Below, piece after piece: positions 36,173 to 45,150 of a stretch of 64,000 nt of DNA (the first letter of the stretch is position 1; each line of letters starts with the position of its first letter). The DNA comes from an uncultured Bifidobacteriaceae bacterium (GTDB lineage Bacteria > Acidobacteriota > Vicinamibacteria > Vicinamibacterales > JAMQPK01): positions 12,755 to 76,754 of the forward strand of contig CAYHHH010000002.1 in NCBI GenBank assembly GCA_964356125.1, read 5' to 3'. Below the pieces are notes generated by a model. It was not told where the DNA came from. It saw only the letters and a list, made by a program, of their open reading frames with translations, and did not search any database. A program made the translations under genes and the position numbers.

Positions 36173-39100
36173 ATGAAGATCGCGTGGAGAAGTGTGCTGG
36201 TGGCGGTACTTCTGTCGGCGGCGGCGAATGTCGGCGCACAGGCGCTATACGGGTCGCTCCTGGGCAACGTCGCTGATGAAACCGGAGCAGCACTTCCTGG
36301 CGCGACCGTCAGCGTGACGCAGCGGGAAACGAACCTCGTGCGCGAGGTCGTCACCAACGAAACCGGCGGTTACAACGTGCCGAACCTCCTGCCGGGCACC
36401 TACCAGATCGACGTGAAACTTCCAGGATTTTCAACCTTCACGGCACGTGACCTCAGCGTGCGCCAGGGGCTCGACGTTCGCGTCGACGCGAGACTGAGCG
36501 TCGGCGCGCTCGAAGAGTCGATCGTCGTCTCGGGGCAAGCAGCCGTTCTGCAGACCGAGAGCGCCGCCGTGCAGTCACTGACGACGGCCGAGCAGCTCGA
36601 GACCGTGCCGACGAGCGGACGCGCCTATCAGACGGCGCTTGCGCTCATGCCCGGCGTCGCGCAGCCGAGTTACGACCAGTCCGGCGGCAGCAACAATCCG
36701 ACGCGGTCGATGGCCGTGACGGTCAACGGCCAGCCGTCGAACAATACGGTCTTCCGCCTTGACGGCGTGTCGCAGATCAACCAGTTCTTTCAGCAGATCC
36801 AGGCCTACACGCCGAGTATCGAGGCGATTGAAACGGTCAGCGTCGTGACCAGCAGCTTCGACGCCGATCAGGGGATGGCGGGCGGCGCAGCCGTCAACGT
36901 GCAGGTGAAAAGCGGCACGAACAGCATTGCAGGCTCGATATTCGAGCACGTCACCGACTACCGGATGAAGTCGAAAAACTTCTTTCTGCCGGCCGGCGAT
37001 CCGAGAGGCACAGGCAGCGTGCACATCTACGGCGGCACGATCGGCGGGCCCATCAAGCGCAACAAGGTGTTCTTCTTTGCCAGCGCCGAGCGGACGCGCC
37101 AGCGCACCGAGGCCGGTAATGCCTTGTCGAACTCGGGCGCCAACGGCCTTCGCAGCCTTCCGACGATGGCGATGCGCGAAGGGAATTTCTCGGGCACCGG
37201 CACGGTGCTCTACGATCCGCGCACCGGGAACGCGAACGGCACAGGACGCACACCGTTCGCGTTCGCGAACTGCCCGGGGCTCAGCGTGCTCTCGGGCCCG
37301 CAATTCGACGCGTGCAACTACATTCCAGCGAACCGCATCAACCAGATCTCAAAGAACTTCCTGAGCAAGCTGGTGGCGCCGACGCTCCCTGGCTTCACGA
37401 ACAACTTCTTCGCGACCAACAGCTACGATACCGACTACAACAAGTACGACGGGAAGATCACCTGGACGCCGAGCGCGCGGGTCATCATCAACGGCCGCCT
37501 GGGCTACGGAGACAGCTACGAGGACAGCGCGCCCGAGATGCCGTCGATCGACGGCGGCGTCAACCAGATCTTCCAGGGCCGGATCTGGGACTCGACCGTG
37601 CACAGCCATTCGCTGGCAGTGACCTCCACGTTGTCGCCCACGATGGTGATGGACGGCGTGTTCGGGTTCACCCGCACTGATATGCTGGCGCGGCCGCACA
37701 CCGACGACTGCTGGGGCGAGCTGCTCGGCGTCAAGAACAGCTGCCAGCCGCCGCTCTCCCGCGCCACCGCGATTCCGCAAGTCACCGCATCGGTGTACCG
37801 GCTGTCCGGCGACGCCTCGCCGCGCGCGTACCGCGATCCGCAGTGGAGCGGCTCGATGAACTTCGGGTGGACCAAAGGGGACCACAACGTGAAGTTCGGC
37901 GGCGAGATGAAGATCCTGCATCAGAACCACTACGAGACGCAGACGCCGACGTTCACGTTCACGGGAGGCCGCACGGCGCTCGCCCCTGCGGGGCCGAACA
38001 ACTTCAACGCGTTCGCCGACTTCCTGCTCGGAGAGATGAACTCGAGAACGTCAGAAGCGATGACGCCGATGATCGGCGACAACCCAACCGTCGACGACAT
38101 GATGGATTTCCGCCCGGCCACGCTGCGGTCGAACCAGTACGGTCTGTACGTCCGAGACCAGTTCGAGCTGAACCGGAAAATGACGGTCTCGATCGGGCTG
38201 CGTTGGGAGTACTACCCGATGACACAGCGTGCGGACCGCGGTCTCGAGATCTTCGACTTCGAGTCGCGGCAGCTCTTGATCTGCGGGGTGTCCGGCAACC
38301 ACGACACGTGCGGGATCACCGTCGAGAAAGATCTGTTCACGCCGCGCCTGGGTTGGGCCTACCGTCCGACAGAGAAGACGGTTATTCGCGTGGGCTACTC
38401 GCGCAATCCGCAGAACGATACCTCGGGCCGCAATCAGATGCCGCCGTTCCAGGCATTCCCCGCGACCATCATCCTGACCGAGACGGCGCCGAACACCTAC
38501 TCGGCAATCGGCAACTTCAACGATGGCGTCAGCATCGTTCCGCAATTCGACCTGGCCGTCGGCCGCGTCACGCCGAGGGCCGGCATGACGACGTATCGCG
38601 ACAAGTTCGAGCGCGGCAAGATCTCCTCGTGGAATGTGAGCATGCAGCAGCTGCTGCCGGCCAACCACAGCCTGACGCTGGGCTACGTGGCGAACCGCCA
38701 GCGCGGCATGACGCGCAACCTGAATCAGAACTACGGTCAGCTTGGCGGCGGCACCGCGAGCCAGCCGTATCGCGAGCTCACCACGGCGGCCATCAACGTC
38801 CAGGGTCCGTACGGCCGGGTTAACTACGACTCGTTCCAGGCGAGCGTGAACAAGCGGATGTCGAACGGACTTCAGTACACCGCCGCGTACACGTTTGCGA
38901 AGGCGATCGACTGGTGGGCCGGTACGATTCCGCAACCTGAGTTCCAATACTTGAACAAGGGCAATCAATCCAACAGCAATCCGCACCTGTTCAATACATC
39001 GGTGATCTATGCGCTGCCGTTTGGCAAGGGCCGGAAGTTCCTCGATGACGCCGGTGCCTTATCGCACATCGCCGGCGGGTGGCAGGTCAACGCGTTCTTC

Positions 39101-39565
39101 ACCGCGCGCTCGGGAACGCCGTTCACGGTGACGGCTTCGACCGCTTCGCTCAATGCCGGCACCGGGACACCGCAGATGGCGGATCTTGTCAAGGAAGACG
39201 TCGAGATCCTGGGCGGACTGAGCCCGTATTTCGATGTGACCGCGTTCCGGCCGGTGACCCAGGTCCGGTTCGGCAACGCCGGATTCAACACCCTTCGGGG
39301 GCCCGGCGTCGCGAACCTCGACTTGAGCCTGTTCCGGACGTTCACGCTGGGCGGCGCAAGAACCTTGCAGCTGAGGGTTGAGGCGCTGAACGCGACCAAT
39401 ACGCCGCACTTCTCGAATCCGGCCTCAAACGTGGCCAATCTGCAGCTGAATCCGGACGGAAGTGTCCGTAGCCTCAATGGGTTCGGAGTGATTACGTCCA
39501 CGGATCGGCGGGGCCGCCAGTACGACGAACGGGAGTTCCGATTGGGTATCCGGATGACGTTTTAG
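36173..39565 (+). CDS. TonB-dependent outer-membrane receptor with N-terminal carboxypeptidase-regulatory-like domain
   Basis: Start trimmed to ATG 36173 (GGAGGGAGG upstream), giving MKIAWRSVLVAVLLSAAANVGAQALYGSLLGNVADETGAALPGATVSVTQRETN. Ends ...LGIRMTF. The track ORF start at 35855 would overlap the TAXI gene. Confidence 0.9.
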   Translation: MKIAWRSVLVAVLLSAAANVGAQALYGSLLGNVADETGAALPGATVSVTQRETNLVREVVTNETGGYNVPNLLPGTYQIDVKLPGFSTFTARDLSVRQGLDVRVDARLSVGALEESIVVSGQAAVLQTESAAVQSLTTAEQLETVPTSGRAYQTALALMPGVAQPSYDQSGGSNNPTRSMAVTVNGQPSNNTVFRLDGVSQINQFFQQIQAYTPSIEAIETVSVVTSSFDADQGMAGGAAVNVQVKSGTNSIAGSIFEHVTDYRMKSKNFFLPAGDPRGTGSVHIYGGTIGGPIKRNKVFFFASAERTRQRTEAGNALSNSGANGLRSLPTMAMREGNFSGTGTVLYDPRTGNANGTGRTPFAFANCPGLSVLSGPQFDACNYIPANRINQISKNFLSKLVAPTLPGFTNNFFATNSYDTDYNKYDGKITWTPSARVIINGRLGYGDSYEDSAPEMPSIDGGVNQIFQGRIWDSTVHSHSLAVTSTLSPTMVMDGVFGFTRTDMLARPHTDDCWGELLGVKNSCQPPLSRATAIPQVTASVYRLSGDASPRAYRDPQWSGSMNFGWTKGDHNVKFGGEMKILHQNHYETQTPTFTFTGGRTALAPAGPNNFNAFADFLLGEMNSRTSEAMTPMIGDNPTVDDMMDFRPATLRSNQYGLYVRDQFELNRKMTVSIGLRWEYYPMTQRADRGLEIFDFESRQLLICGVSGNHDTCGITVEKDLFTPRLGWAYRPTEKTVIRVGYSRNPQNDTSGRNQMPPFQAFPATIILTETAPNTYSAIGNFNDGVSIVPQFDLAVGRVTPRAGMTTYRDKFERGKISSWNVSMQQLLPANHSLTLGYVANRQRGMTRNLNQNYGQLGGGTASQPYRELTTAAINVQGPYGRVNYDSFQASVNKRMSNGLQYTAAYTFAKAIDWWAGTIPQPEFQYLNKGNQSNSNPHLFNTSVIYALPFGKGRKFLDDAGALSHIAGGWQVNAFFTARSGTPFTVTASTASLNAGTGTPQMADLVKEDVEILGGLSPYFDVTAFRPVTQVRFGNAGFNTLRGPGVANLDLSLFRTFTLGGARTLQLRVEALNATNTPHFSNPASNVANLQLNPDGSVRSLNGFGVITSTDRRGRQYDEREFRLGIRMTF

Positions 39566-39596
39566 TGTGCGAAACTCGAGTCCATCAGGAGCCACA

Positions 39597-39819
39597 ATGA
39601 CGCGGAAGGTGTTTGCCGGATTCGCGGTTTGCGCAATCAGCCGCGTGAGCACAGCAAGCCATCTGGCCCAAGGTGATCGAGCGCGACGCCGTCATCAACT
39701 GGATTCGCAAGCTGCCGGGCGTGGCGGACGCGGCGCCCGTGCGCAGCAGCGCCGGACGCGTGACGGCGCGCCGCCTGAATCGCGTCGAGTACAACTCAGA
39801 AAGGAACTCACACGTATGA
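39597..39819 (+). pseudogene. Possible frameshifted gene remnant in the receptor-cupin spacer
   Basis: AGGAG-N5-ATG at 39597 opens MTRKVFAGFAVCAISRVSTAS. A different frame (39649-39819, GC3-rich) reads AQQAIWPKVIERDAVINWIRKLPGVADAAPVRSSAGRVTARRLNRVEYNSERNSHV. Its TGA overlaps ATG 39816 (ATGA). Confidence 0.25.
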
Positions 39820-40811
39820 ATCGCGCACGGCGTGCCTGGAGGTTCGTTCGCATCCTGTTCGCGTGCATCGGCGCACTTGGATCGCTTCCCGCTCGACTGG
39901 GCGCCCAGGCGCCATCGGCCCCGACATTCCCCAACTCGATCACGGTCTCGTCAGGCCCGAAGACGAATCTGTTTCCGCACCTCATGACGAAAGCCGAAGT
40001 CCTGGCGGCGCTGGCGCAGGTGAAGGATTCGCAGGACCTCGTGGTGAAAAACAATTTCGCGCTCACATTGCGCGCGGCGAGCAATACGACGAAGCTGCCC
40101 TGGAAGATACACACCGAGGCCGATGAAATCTGGTTTGTCTACAAAGGGTCGGCCAGGGTGAGCCTGGCGCCGTTCTCGTTGCAGGTGGGCATCACGCCTC
40201 CAGGCACCACCCATGATGTGGGCGAAGGGGCCATCGTGAACGTCCCGCGCGGCATGGCGTATCGCATCATGCCCGCCGGCCGTTTCGAGTATGTGGCGGT
40301 ACGGAAATTTGCGATCCAGCCTCCTCCTGCCGGCCGGGCTGGCGGCCCGCCTCCGGGGCCACCGCCGACCGTGGTGACCCAAGCGCAACTCGATGAGTTC
40401 TACGCCACCGCTACGAGGAGCGTGGTCCTCTATCCCGGAATCACTCGCAATCTCTATAACGGCGGCCCCGACGGCGTGAAATGGGGTCCGTTCGATGGCG
40501 GTCCCGTCGAAAACCATGAAATCGACGAGCACCTCTATGTGGTGACGTATGGCACGGGCAAGGCGTATCTGGACGGGTTCATCCCCAACGGGCACTGGGA
40601 CACCCGCGGCGTGATGGGAGTCCCGCTCCCGCAGGGTTCAACTGAGTACACGATCAACCCGGGCGACCTCCTGTTCGTCTTCCGTAATACGCTGCACTAC
40701 ATCGTTCCCATCCCCGCCAGGGGCAAGGTCGGCTACCTCCTTGTCGATCTACCGGAGAGCGAGGCGTTCTGGCCGAAGTCGATTGTGCCGAATGGCACCG
40801 GTGCGTACTAG
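39816..40811 (+). CDS. Exported bicupin protein (paralogue A)
   Basis: Start trimmed to ATG 39816, giving MNRARRAWRFVRILFACIGALGSLPARLGAQA. Cupin-like HTEADEIWFVYKGSARV...VNVPRGMAYRI, and a second HEIDEHLYVVTYGTGKAYL...GDLLFVFRNTLHYI. Confidence 0.8.
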   Translation: MNRARRAWRFVRILFACIGALGSLPARLGAQAPSAPTFPNSITVSSGPKTNLFPHLMTKAEVLAALAQVKDSQDLVVKNNFALTLRAASNTTKLPWKIHTEADEIWFVYKGSARVSLAPFSLQVGITPPGTTHDVGEGAIVNVPRGMAYRIMPAGRFEYVAVRKFAIQPPPAGRAGGPPPGPPPTVVTQAQLDEFYATATRSVVLYPGITRNLYNGGPDGVKWGPFDGGPVENHEIDEHLYVVTYGTGKAYLDGFIPNGHWDTRGVMGVPLPQGSTEYTINPGDLLFVFRNTLHYIVPIPARGKVGYLLVDLPESEAFWPKSIVPNGTGAY

Positions 40812-40855
40812 AGGGAGTCCACCAGCGGTTATGGCGACCCGAAAGGATTAGGCGT

Positions 40856-41764
40856 ATGAACCCTTCGCGATCTGTCGGGATTGTCGCGCTGGCCTTGTGC
40901 GTGCTCATGCTGGGGCTGGCGCCCCGCCGGGCGCATGCGCAGGCCAAGCTGACCAGGAACTTGTTTTCCCACGTGATGAAGAGCGCGGATGTCGACGCGC
41001 TGTTTGCCAGGATCCAGGATTCGTGGGATGTCTACACGAAGACGAATCACGCCGTCACATTTCGCGTCGCGACCAGGAACCTGCCGGCGACGCCCCATCA
41101 GGAGGCCGACGAGTACTGGTTCGTGCGGAAGGGCACGGCCAAGGTGACGCTGGATACAGGAGTCACTCCGGCCAGCGCCTCGGTACGCGGGGGCGATGTC
41201 GTGCATGTCCCGCGCAACGTGGCGTATGCGATTGAGCCCTCGGGGCGCTTCGAGTATGTGGCGCTTCGGATATTTGCACCTCCCCCCCCCTCGCGAGGTG
41301 CTGGTCCCGGAGGCGAGGGTGCCTCGCAACCGACGTCGTATTTTGCCAGGAAGGCAGACATCGACAAGACCTTCGCGAGCGAACCCCGATCGACGCAGCT
41401 AGGTTTCCCTGGCGGGGCGAACGTCAGCATGATCATCTACGACGGCGCCATCGGTCCTTACGAATCACACGAGGTTGTGGACCAGATCTATTTTGTGCGC
41501 CACGGAACCGCGAAGGCCGCTCTTGACGGCCGGTTGATCAACCCGACGGTCACCACACCCGGCCAGATCCGCGGGACGGGTTATCTCGACGCGAGCGAAT
41601 ACACCATCGGTCCAGGTGATATCGTGTGGATACCGCGCAATCAGCTGCACTTCGTCGATCCAGGCACCGGCAAGATCGGCTACTTTCTGGTCGGGATGCC
41701 GACATCCCAGTCGGGCTTTCCGGAGCCGCCGCCTTCCCCTGGACGAGGAAGAGGCGCGCAATAG
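40856..41764 (+). CDS. Exported bicupin protein (paralogue B)
   Basis: 302 aa with signal MNPSRSVGIVALALCVLMLGLAPRRAHAQ. HQEADEYWFVRKGTAKV...VHVPRNVAYAI and HEVVDQIYFVRHGTAKAAL...GDIVWIPRNQLHFV. Collinear with 39816..40811. Confidence 0.85.
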   Translation: MNPSRSVGIVALALCVLMLGLAPRRAHAQAKLTRNLFSHVMKSADVDALFARIQDSWDVYTKTNHAVTFRVATRNLPATPHQEADEYWFVRKGTAKVTLDTGVTPASASVRGGDVVHVPRNVAYAIEPSGRFEYVALRIFAPPPPSRGAGPGGEGASQPTSYFARKADIDKTFASEPRSTQLGFPGGANVSMIIYDGAIGPYESHEVVDQIYFVRHGTAKAALDGRLINPTVTTPGQIRGTGYLDASEYTIGPGDIVWIPRNQLHFVDPGTGKIGYFLVGMPTSQSGFPEPPPSPGRGRGAQ

Positions 41765-42017
41765 GAGGATCACCTCGCTACGGTCACGGAGCAATAAAGG
41801 CGGCTCCCATGCGTCGACACTCGTGGTTCCTGGCGGCGCTCAGCGTGTTGCTCACCGTAAGGCTGGCCGAAGCGCAAGACGGGTGCACATCCCAAGAAGA
41901 CCGAACAGGTTTTCGAGCAGCGTGTCTTCGTATCGGACGCCGCCGCCGGGTTGAATGCTCGAGCGTCCATTGGCCTCCGAGGGGAAAGGACCTTGAGCTC
42001 GATAGTCGAGCCTGCCA

Positions 42018-43313
42018 TCAGGAAAGCCAGGTGCCGAGCAGGGAAGGAATCCGATCGAGCGGCACGGGTTCTGACTGCCCGAGCAGAGGAAATTCGGGAG
42101 GGGCAATGACGTAGGCGCTCGGCGTGGCCTCCGCAAGGCAGACGCACGCCGCGGTCTCTTGGTACTCGGGAAAGCGCCCCGCCGCCAGCCCCATGTAATA
42201 CGCCATGATCTGCGCGTCCAGCGCGCTGCCGGGCAAATCCTCTTCTGCGGGCAGCGGGTTCGCTCTTTCCTGATTCTCGAAGATCGCCACGCTTGTGAAC
42301 GGTTTGGGTTTGGCCCGCGTGCCCAGATGGGCGACGAGCACCGAGGGTCGAGCGCGTCGAAACGCCTCGGTGGCCGCCCACTCCACAAAAGCATTGCTGA
42401 ACACGAGAGCGCCGTTGCCGCTCAGAAACAGGGATCGGACGAATTCCCGCACTTCCGGCCGCGCGGCAACCTCCGGCGGACACCACCGGCCAACGTCCGC
42501 CTCTCGCAGGGCGGCATACACCGCATCGGCATCCGCCAAGTCTCTCCGGATCGCGTTGATGCGCTCCAGGAATCCTTCGCGAAACGGCTTGAGGCGCTCA
42601 AAGCTCAGAAACGTCGCGCGTGGGGGCTTTGCCCCGCCCATGAGGTCTTCCAAACGGCGTCCGATCTCCGTTCCAGCCTCGATGACCCAGCAGTCGTCCG
42701 CCGCGCGATCGTGGCGGCTGACAAAATCCTCGAGGAACGTGCGCCGCTTCGCGCCCCCTTCCCGACCAGGAGGGCCAAAGAGCACATCGAGCATCGGTTG
42801 TCCAACACCGGCAGGCGGCAACTCGATGGCCATCTCCCTGCCCATGCCCTGCCACCGTGCCCAGATGGTTCTGGAATCCAGCGGGAGTCGGGCCGGGAAG
42901 ATCAGCAGGATCAACCGGCGACCCACAAAACGACCGTCCCGCGAGAGGGACTCCCGATCCATCTCGTCGAACACTTTCTGAACCTCACCGCGCCATTCCT
43001 GGTAATAGGGCGAGCGGGCGAGCAGCGACGCGTTCTCGATGGTCTGCACGTCGGTGGAGAACTTCCAGCGGCTCACGTCCATTCGCATCTCGATGTCGCG
43101 CACGCCGCGGAAGAGCGTCGCGAACTGCTCGCGGCTCAGGCTCCCCAGATAGCGGAGCATGCGCACCAGGTAGCGCTGCTCGTGGGGAAACGCGAGTTCC
43201 CACTCCCGGATCTGCTGGTTCACGAAAGGCAGGAACGTGATGGGCAAGCGCGCTAACACGTCTCCCTGGACGGCTGCCTGGAGCCCCGTCGGCACGTTGG
43301 TCTGCGCGCTCAC
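42018..43313 (-). CDS. Hypothetical cytoplasmic protein, 431 aa, no family recognised
   Basis: GTG start 16 nt after the RidA stop, with AAGGTG upstream. Non-repetitive, coding-like composition with no signal peptide. Last gene of a three-gene minus-strand unit. Confidence 0.75.
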   Translation of the reverse strand: MSAQTNVPTGLQAAVQGDVLARLPITFLPFVNQQIREWELAFPHEQRYLVRMLRYLGSLSREQFATLFRGVRDIEMRMDVSRWKFSTDVQTIENASLLARSPYYQEWRGEVQKVFDEMDRESLSRDGRFVGRRLILLIFPARLPLDSRTIWARWQGMGREMAIELPPAGVGQPMLDVLFGPPGREGGAKRRTFLEDFVSRHDRAADDCWVIEAGTEIGRRLEDLMGGAKPPRATFLSFERLKPFREGFLERINAIRRDLADADAVYAALREADVGRWCPPEVAARPEVREFVRSLFLSGNGALVFSNAFVEWAATEAFRRARPSVLVAHLGTRAKPKPFTSVAIFENQERANPLPAEEDLPGSALDAQIMAYYMGLAAGRFPEYQETAACVCLAEATPSAYVIAPPEFPLLGQSEPVPLDRIPSLLGTWLS

Positions 43314-43329
43314 GCCGACACCTTGAAGA

Positions 43330-43815
43330 TCATGTTCGTTTCCGCCCTCGCAGATGTCTCGGCGTCGCCCGGCCGGACTCGAAGATCGCGATGGCTTCTA
43401 TTTCGACGAGCAGGTCCGCCCGGCACAGAATCACCTGGATTCCCGTCGAAGCCGGCAGCGGATTCAATTCCTGCTCCTTGAAGAACCGGGTCCGCATCTC
43501 ATTGAAAGCCGCGTAATCGCGCTCCATGTCGCGCAGGTAGCAGGTCGTGCGCACCACGTCCTTCCACGTTGCGCCCTCGGCGCCGAGCAGCGCGGTGATG
43601 TTCTCGTAGGTCCTCCGGGTCTGGGCGCGAACGTCTCCAGCGTGGACAGTACGACCATGCTCGTCCACGCTCGCCGTCCCGGAAATGAAGACGATCGCGA
43701 TGCCTTTGATGTCGATGCGCAGTCCTCGGGAGAAGGAAGAGGGGTGCGGATAGTCGGGGGCTTCATTCAGCGCCTGCGGCGCGCTGATCGCCCTCTTCGA
43801 GGCCGGCTTCCCCAT
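43330..43815 (-). CDS. RidA/YjgF/TdcF-family (endoribonuclease L-PSP) protein
   Basis: Start trimmed to ATG 43815, giving MGKPASKRAI.... FISGTASVDEHGRTVHAGDVRAQTRRTYENITALL...DVVRTTCYLRDM...PASTGIQV...LVEIEAIA is typical of RidA. The ATG shares one base with the upstream TGA (TGATG). Confidence 0.85.
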   Translation of the reverse strand: MGKPASKRAISAPQALNEAPDYPHPSSFSRGLRIDIKGIAIVFISGTASVDEHGRTVHAGDVRAQTRRTYENITALLGAEGATWKDVVRTTCYLRDMERDYAAFNEMRTRFFKEQELNPLPASTGIQVILCRADLLVEIEAIAIFESGRATPRHLRGRKRT

Positions 43816-44987
43816 CACGCTTTCAACTCTGCCAGCCTGGCGCCTCTCGAATCGGGCGCATTGCACCCCAGCACGTGAGCGAGCGTGGAACACACGTCGA
43901 TGTGTTGGACGGGCCGTTCGACGAGCTGTGGCCGATCGACTGCGGCACCCAGGCACATCATCCACGTGGTCCGGCAGGACGGCTCGGGGCTGCGATGGTT
44001 CAGAAACCCGTTGGTGGAAGAGCCATCGGGATCGCGTCCGAACTCCGGCAGAACGATCATCGTGGTCTGGCCCCGGTACTGCGGGTTCGCATTCACTTCC
44101 CGCCAGAGTTCGTACACAAGCCTGTCGCCCGTCCTGATTCCGGCAAGGTGAAGAGAGTAAGACCCGAAATGGGCCGACTCGACGTCGGAGAAGATCACAA
44201 CGAGAAGCTTCGGAGCGAATTTCCGCATGATTTCGCGGCTGACGAAGTAGGTCAACTCGTCGCCGGAGGTCGGGCCGTTCCCCTGGGTGAAGCTCGCCAG
44301 CGCATCCTGGACAGCCTGCCTGGCGCGCGGCTCCAGACGGTCTGCCGCGTCAAAGACCGTCCAACCCAGCCCCTCGTAGTTGCTTTCCTGGAGCATCGCC
44401 TCGAGCTCGGCCTGAACCTTGGCGCGGTCGGCCATGTTGCGGCTTCGCCCTTCCCACAGCGATTTTTCGACAGCGTTGATCATCAACTGCTTGGGAAACA
44501 CGACGTTTGCCCCATAGCTGGGCCCGAAGTCTCGCACCGAGCTTGCGCCGATCTGGCTCGTGAGCGCTTTGTTGCTGGCCACCACCCACACGTCGCTCTG
44601 CGGGATGCCAAGGTCCTTTCGGAAGTACTCGAAGAGCGTGGGAGAGTTCGGGGCTACCTTCCCCCAGTCGTCCACTCTCTGCCAATTGCCAGACAGGATG
44701 CTCGATACGGCGTTGAAGTGTGCGGTGACGCCTTCGTTCCGGGTGTTCAGGTAGAAAAGCGACTGGGGTGACAGATCTCGCACCAGGTGAGGGATGTTCT
44801 CGATGCCTTCTGGCGAAAACGTCTCCTGCTTGCGCACTCCGCCGAAGATGGTGAGGACGACTTTTTGCCCCGCTCCGCCAGCCTTGTGCCCTTGGCGCGC
44901 CAACGCACGGCATGGCAGCAGCAGACTGTCGGCCACCAGCATGCCAGCAGCCTGAAGGAACAGACGCTTTGAGATGTCCATGGCCAA
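43815..44987 (-). CDS. Exported alkaline-phosphatase-superfamily protein (DUF1501/sulfatase-like)
   Basis: 390 aa. N-terminus MAMDISKRLFLQAAGMLVADSLLLPCRALA (Tat-like with KR). C-terminal ...HIDVCSTLAHVLGC resembles the DUF1501/sulfatase C-terminus. The family call is tentative. Confidence 0.6.
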   Translation of the reverse strand: MAMDISKRLFLQAAGMLVADSLLLPCRALARQGHKAGGAGQKVVLTIFGGVRKQETFSPEGIENIPHLVRDLSPQSLFYLNTRNEGVTAHFNAVSSILSGNWQRVDDWGKVAPNSPTLFEYFRKDLGIPQSDVWVVASNKALTSQIGASSVRDFGPSYGANVVFPKQLMINAVEKSLWEGRSRNMADRAKVQAELEAMLQESNYEGLGWTVFDAADRLEPRARQAVQDALASFTQGNGPTSGDELTYFVSREIMRKFAPKLLVVIFSDVESAHFGSYSLHLAGIRTGDRLVYELWREVNANPQYRGQTTMIVLPEFGRDPDGSSTNGFLNHRSPEPSCRTTWMMCLGAAVDRPQLVERPVQHIDVCSTLAHVLGCNAPDSRGARLAELKA

Positions 44988-45150
44988 AGGCCCCTAACCG
45001 GCGGTTGCGTGGACGATTGTATGAACGTGTCGCGTGCGGGCGATATGATGGCGGTCATAGGCGGCGCCATGCGCCCATGATATTCCGTGCACCGCCGTGC
45101 GAACAACATCGGATTAGCGCTTGGCGGGTCACTCTCGAAGGAGGCACTGC

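Noticed and set aside
39567-39815. N-terminal extension of the cupin ORF (track start 39567, or ATG 39597 in the same frame).
   Set aside because: It would bury the obvious signal peptide (from codon 84) behind an Arg-rich junk-like segment. The spacer is better explained as a gene remnant in another frame (see findings).
41809-42114. 101-codon plus-strand ORF with a signal-like start (MRRHSWFLAALSVLLTVRLAEAQDGCTSQ...) in the gap after the second cupin gene.
   Set aside because: After the first 22 codons or so, GC3 drops and the sequence becomes Arg/Ser/Gly-rich. It would overlap the 3' end of gene 42018..43313 by 97 nt and has no convincing SD. It remains a weak candidate for a small Cys-containing secreted protein but is not supported well enough to call.
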